Shown: one piece after another, positions 59,938 to 64,000 of the stretch
Layout of the letters: each line of letters begins with the position of its first letter
Numbering within the stretch: the stretch's first letter is position 1
Assembly (NCBI GenBank): GCA_963790205.1
Contig: CAWBNQ010000003.1
Coordinates: forward strand, 832,001-896,000
Direction of reading: 5' to 3'
DNA from: Nitrospirota bacterium
GTDB lineage: Bacteria > Nitrospirota > UBA9217
Length of the DNA: 64,000 nucleotides
Translations under genes and position numbers: made by a program
Notes under the pieces: generated by a model
Database searches by the model: none
What the model saw: only the letters and a program-made list of their open reading frames with translations
Told to the model about the DNA's origin: nothing

Positions 59938-60888
59938 ATGATGTCCACTAAAAAACCTATCCTTATTATTGCCGGGCCGACGGCCGTTGGCAAGACCGAT
60001 GCCTCCATTCTCCTGGCCCAGGAACTCGGGGCGGAGATCGTGAGCGCTGACTCCATGCAGATCTATCGCGGGATGGACATCGGCACGGCCAAACCCACCA
60101 AAGCGCAGCGGAAGCTCATTTATCACCATATGATCGACATCGCGGAGCCGGACCAGCCCTACAGTGTCGGTGACTATCTCCGAGACGCGCGGACGTCGAT
60201 CGACGGCATTATTTCATCGGGCGGGATTCCCATCGTTGTCGGCGGGACCGGGCTTTACCTACGCGCGCTCACACGAGGACTCTTTCACGGCCCGCCGGCA
60301 GACCTCGAACTGCGCGAGCGGTTGCTTCAGCGGGAGTCCGAGGGCGAGCCGGGCGGACTTTATTCTGAGCTGGTGAAAGTCGATCCCGAGTCGGCGATCA
60401 AGATACACCCAAACGATCTCCGGCGCACGGTCAGGGCACTTGAGGTGTTTTACCTCAGAGACCGGAAACTATCCGAGTATCAGCGCGAACACGGATTTAA
60501 GGACAGGCTGTATGCTTTTCGTTTCCTCTTTCTCGTACGAAGCAGGAGCGAACTCTATCCCAGGATCGAGCAGCGCGTGGACCAGATGCTCGAGGAGGGC
60601 CTCGAAGCGGAAGTGAGGGCGCTGATGGAACGGGGGTACCGTCCGGATAGTTCCTCCATGCAGGGGCTTGGGTATAAGCACTTCTTCGATCATTTTCTCG
60701 GCAAGACGACGCGGGACGAGGCTGTGACGCTGCTCAAACGCGATACCAAGCGTTATGCCAAGCGCCAGTTCACCTGGTTCCGGCGAGAGCCCGCGGCGAT
60801 CTGGGTGGACATCACCGGCCTCTCAAAAACAGGAGAAATTGTGCAGCGTATAAAGAAAAACATTGAAATTTCAAATAAGTTGGTATAA
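59938..60888 (+). CDS. miaA: tRNA dimethylallyltransferase
   Basis: [33 protein letters not shown] and YAKRQFTWF motifs. Confidence 0.97.
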   Translation: MMSTKKPILIIAGPTAVGKTDASILLAQELGAEIVSADSMQIYRGMDIGTAKPTKAQRKLIYHHMIDIAEPDQPYSVGDYLRDARTSIDGIISSGGIPIVVGGTGLYLRALTRGLFHGPPADLELRERLLQRESEGEPGGLYSELVKVDPESAIKIHPNDLRRTVRALEVFYLRDRKLSEYQREHGFKDRLYAFRFLFLVRSRSELYPRIEQRVDQMLEEGLEAEVRALMERGYRPDSSSMQGLGYKHFFDHFLGKTTRDEAVTLLKRDTKRYAKRQFTWFRREPAAIWVDITGLSKTGEIVQRIKKNIEISNKLV

Positions 60889-60958
60889 AATCAAAAAAAT
60901 ATTTGGTTTGAAGCAGGAGCAGATTTTGCTGCTCTTGCCGCTGCTTCACGGAGGGTGG

Positions 60959-61225
60959 ATGGGAAAGTCGCAGGTGAATCTTCAGGACATATTCTTGAAC
61001 CAGATGCGCAAGGAAAAGATCCCGGTAACCATGTATCTCGTGAATGGCGCGAGACTCACGGGAACGATCAAGGGATTCGACAACTTCGTGATTCTCATGA
61101 AGCAGGAAAATCAGCAGCTCGTGTATAAACATGCCATCTCCACCATCATCCCGGAAAAACCCGTGGAAATCCTGGAGCCCCTAGAAGTGAAGAAGCCCGA
61201 ACAGGAGCAGCCAGCGCAAGGGTAG
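60959..61225 (+). CDS. hfq: RNA chaperone Hfq
   Basis: NLQDIFLN...YLVNG...FDNF...[10 protein letters not shown]; follows miaA; candidate promoter TTGAAA-17-TAAAAT at 60863-60891. Confidence 0.97.
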   Translation: MGKSQVNLQDIFLNQMRKEKIPVTMYLVNGARLTGTIKGFDNFVILMKQENQQLVYKHAISTIIPEKPVEILEPLEVKKPEQEQPAQG

Positions 61226-61384
61226 GTCGAAAGCGGATTTTACCTGCTCTTGCGATAACGCGGGTACAAGCGGATTGCGGAACGCGGAATAAAAATCGAG
61301 AACCGCAGGAATAAGAGTGCGGATGCCTTCATCGACTCCGTCTCTAAAAATGCGCTTCTTCAGTTTATTAAGGAATAATCAAGA

Positions 61385-62275
61385 ATGGCGAAGCGGAGTG
61401 CGAAGACGGACACAATAAGCATCGGCGTGATCGGCGGCAGCGGTTTGTACGAAATGGACGGGCTAACGCAGGTCAAAACCGTAAAGATCGCGACGCCCTT
61501 CGGTAAGCCTTCGGATGATTACATCATCGGCATTCTTCACGGCAAACGGGTGGCATTCCTTCCCCGACATGGCCGTGGTCACCGCCTCCTTCCCACGGAC
61601 ATCAATTACCGGGCAAACATCTACGGCATGAAAAAGCTCGGCGTGGAACGCATCATCTCGGTCAGCGCCGTGGGCAGCATGAAGGAAGAAATCAAACCGG
61701 GCGATATCGTTATCCCGGACCAGTTCTACGATCATACGAAACACCGGCGAAGCACTTTTTTCGGGAACGGTGTCGTCGCACACGTGGGGATGGCCGATCC
61801 GGTCTGCGCCGGGCTGTGCAAGGTATTGATAGAGGCGGGGAGGCACGTCGGGGCCGCAATCCACCGGGACGGGACCTATCTCTGCATGGAAGGACCGCAG
61901 TTCTCGACGAAGGCAGAGTCGCTCACCTACCGCACATGGAACGTGGACGTGATCGGCATGACGAACGCAACCGAGGCCAAGCTTGCCCGCGAAGCCGAAA
62001 TCTGCTACAGCACGATCGCCCTGGCAACGGACTATGACTGCTGGCACCATAGCGAAGAACCGGTAACCGTCGAGGCCGTGCTCGCCGTTATGAAACACAA
62101 CATAGAGACGTCGAAATCAATGATCCGCGAGGCCGTGCGCAGGCTGACGGGACCCCGGGGCTGCAGGTGCGGAGAAGCGCTCCGGAATACGATCATGACG
62201 CCGGAAAAGATGATCCCGGCAAAGACGAAGAAAGACCTCGCGCCGATCATCGGGAAGTACATGAAAAAGATATAA
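61385..62275 (+). CDS. mtnP: S-methyl-5'-thioadenosine phosphorylase
   Basis: IGGSGLY, PRHG.GH, SAVGSM, EGPQFST.AES, GMT and TDYDCW motifs. Confidence 0.93.
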   Translation: MAKRSAKTDTISIGVIGGSGLYEMDGLTQVKTVKIATPFGKPSDDYIIGILHGKRVAFLPRHGRGHRLLPTDINYRANIYGMKKLGVERIISVSAVGSMKEEIKPGDIVIPDQFYDHTKHRRSTFFGNGVVAHVGMADPVCAGLCKVLIEAGRHVGAAIHRDGTYLCMEGPQFSTKAESLTYRTWNVDVIGMTNATEAKLAREAEICYSTIALATDYDCWHHSEEPVTVEAVLAVMKHNIETSKSMIREAVRRLTGPRGCRCGEALRNTIMTPEKMIPAKTKKDLAPIIGKYMKKI

Positions 62276-62396
62276 CAAATTTTACCACAGAGATCGCAGA
62301 AGGAATCCTTCAGCAAATAATATTTCAGCTCGTATGACTTTTTTGATGTTCTCTGTACTCCCTGTGATGAATGAGTTTTATTTTTTGGAGGTTTGC

Positions 62397-63305
62397 GTGA
62401 GTCTGCTCGTTGTCGGTACGGTAGCCCTCGATTCGGTCAAAACGCCTTTCGGGAAGGTTGATAATGCACTCGGCGGTTCAGCCACCTATTTTTCCACCTC
62501 TGCCAGTTATTTCACCGATGTGCGGCTCGTGGCCGTAATAGGCGAGGACTTCCCCCGGGAACATATACAGTTTCTCAAGAGCAAGAACATTGACACGCGC
62601 GGTCTTGAAGTCCAGAAGGGAGAAACCTTCCGCTGGAAAGGCGAGTACGGGTATGATCTGAATGAGGCCCATACGCTCGCCACGCACCTGAATGTCCTGG
62701 CGACGTTCAAGCCGGCAATTGTCGAGGACTACAAGAACACCGATGTCGTGTTTCTGGCGAATGTGGACCCGGAGATACAACTGGACGTCCTCAGGCAGGT
62801 CAAGAAGCCTCAGTTGGTAGCCTGCGATACGATGAACTACTGGATATCGAGCAAACCCGAGGCCCTTAAACGAACGCTGAAAGAAGTAAATCTGCTGACC
62901 ATCAATGAAGCGGAGATCAGGCAGCTTGCCGGCGAAGCCAGCCTGGTCAAAGCCGCAAAGATCGTGCAGGCCATGGGACCGAAGACGCTCGTTGTGAAGC
63001 AGGGGAGTTACGGCGCGCTCATGTTCAACGGCCACAGCGTTTTCAGCGCGCCCGCGTATCCACTGGAGTCCGTATTCGATCCCACGGGCGCCGGGGACAC
63101 GTTCGCGGGCGGCTTCATGGGTTATCTTGCCAGCACCATGAACTTTTCCGAAGAGAGCATGAGAAAGGCCGTTGTTTTCGGCAGCGTCATGGCGTCTCTG
63201 AACGTAGAGGCCTTCAGCCTCGACCGGCTCAGGAGTCTGGACTACAAGGAGATCGAGGGAAGATACAGGGAGTTCAAGCGCCTTACACACTTTGAAGATA
63301 TATAA
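62397..63305 (+). CDS. PfkB-family sugar/nucleoside kinase
   Basis: VGTVALD, GGSATY and DPTGAGDTFAGG motifs; SD GGAGG before GTG 62397. Confidence 0.92.
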   Translation: MSLLVVGTVALDSVKTPFGKVDNALGGSATYFSTSASYFTDVRLVAVIGEDFPREHIQFLKSKNIDTRGLEVQKGETFRWKGEYGYDLNEAHTLATHLNVLATFKPAIVEDYKNTDVVFLANVDPEIQLDVLRQVKKPQLVACDTMNYWISSKPEALKRTLKEVNLLTINEAEIRQLAGEASLVKAAKIVQAMGPKTLVVKQGSYGALMFNGHSVFSAPAYPLESVFDPTGAGDTFAGGFMGYLASTMNFSEESMRKAVVFGSVMASLNVEAFSLDRLRSLDYKEIEGRYREFKRLTHFEDI

Positions 63306-63388
63306 TTTACTGCAAATCCTGACATCGAATAACGAAATTCTAAATGTTTAGGATTTAGAGCTTCGTATTGAGAACTTGCATCCCATTT

Positions 63389-64000
63389 ATGTTTACCATC
63401 GATACCAATATAGCTGATCTGAAAATCAAAGAGCGGAACCTGCACAAGGTGCTCTTCTCCGTGAACATTCATCAGGTTGCCACGCCGGAACTGAACGCTG
63501 AGGACGCCAAAAGTTACATTTTCTTCTTCCGGGAAGGCGGTAGGTATCTGTCCTATATCGGTCTCCACTTCCTTTATACCGACCGTAAGATGTATTACAG
63601 CTATTCCGCGAATCCCTTCGCCGAGAGCGAGTTACCGGCTGTCGAGGACGAGGCGCGGAGTTTTACCGAGGACATGGGCGCGATGCTGGATGAATTAGGC
63701 CTCGCAAAAATGTCCGATATGGAAAAAGACCGCTGGATAGATGAACAGGACATATTTTCCTTAAAGAAGAAGGCGGACGAGCAACCGGCAGCTGCAGGTG
63801 TCGCTCAACACCGGCAAGCAGAAGAATCAGCGCCTGCCGTGCAGCCGGCCCCTGCTCCACAGCCTGCGCCTGCGGTCCAGTCCGCACCACCGGAAAAGAG
63901 CGCGCCGGTCCAACAGACGCCTGTCCCGCTGCCTGGACCTCTCGTGCCATCGATGCCGGACCCAGGAACCGCTCCCGCCGGTCAATCCAAGGTCGAGGCG
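63389..64000 (+). CDS. Hypothetical protein with a Pro/Ala/Gln-rich linker (runs off the window; absent from the ORF track)
   Basis: Open frame MFTIDTNIADLKIKERNLHKVLFSVNIHQV...EDEARSFTEDMGAMLDE...PAVQPAPAPQPAPAV with no stop before 64000. Confidence 0.75.
   Translation, partial: MFTIDTNIADLKIKERNLHKVLFSVNIHQVATPELNAEDAKSYIFFFREGGRYLSYIGLHFLYTDRKMYYSYSANPFAESELPAVEDEARSFTEDMGAMLDELGLAKMSDMEKDRWIDEQDIFSLKKKADEQPAAAGVAQHRQAEESAPAVQPAPAPQPAPAVQSAPPEKSAPVQQTPVPLPGPLVPSMPDPGTAPAGQSKVEA

Noticed and set aside
63780..64000. Pro/Ala/Gln-rich quasi-repeats at the window end, and the minus-strand ORF 63663-63950
   Set aside because: This is a low-complexity linker of the plus-strand protein starting at 63389; the minus ORF is its shadow.

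Overview
A GC-rich bacterial chromosome segment, mostly core metabolism. The gene set and order suggest a Nitrospirota/Desulfobacterota-like organism (inference only). In order: the end of the cobalamin pathway (cobT-cobS-cobC); a TPP-riboswitch thiamine operon (thiS-thiG-thiE-thiC-M23-thiD); rph; a rhodanese gene with an in-frame TGA and a SECIS-like hairpin; IclR; larE-purD-nif3-purE-DUF89-tsaC; PIN-PhoH; a USP; a four-gene two-component cluster; system II cytochrome c biogenesis; argD-argF; hom-tusA-moeB-JAMM-thrC-like-moaD-NIL-apgM-lysC-cimA; EF-G2; M16 peptidases; dut; an AT-richer island encoding a 1060-aa inactive-transglutaminase protein plus two membrane proteins; mutL-terC-miaA-hfq; mtnP; and pfkB. 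About ten genes carry single-base frameshifts, most simply explained as long-read errors. I found no CRISPR array, rRNA, tRNA or IS element. Best leads: (1) a ubiquitin-like sulfur-relay module embedded in the homoserine/threonine operon, possibly a carrier-dependent route to homocysteine; (2) a window-wide family of degenerate 7/8/9-mer inverted tandem-repeat cassettes, one holding a four-helix-bundle (IVS/bAvd-like) gene, others empty, one holding a promoter, some inside coding sequence; (3) an exported candidate selenoprotein rhodanese; (4) a polymorphic-toxin-like island; (5) an unannotated rod-shaped RNA candidate of about 170 nt upstream of argD.
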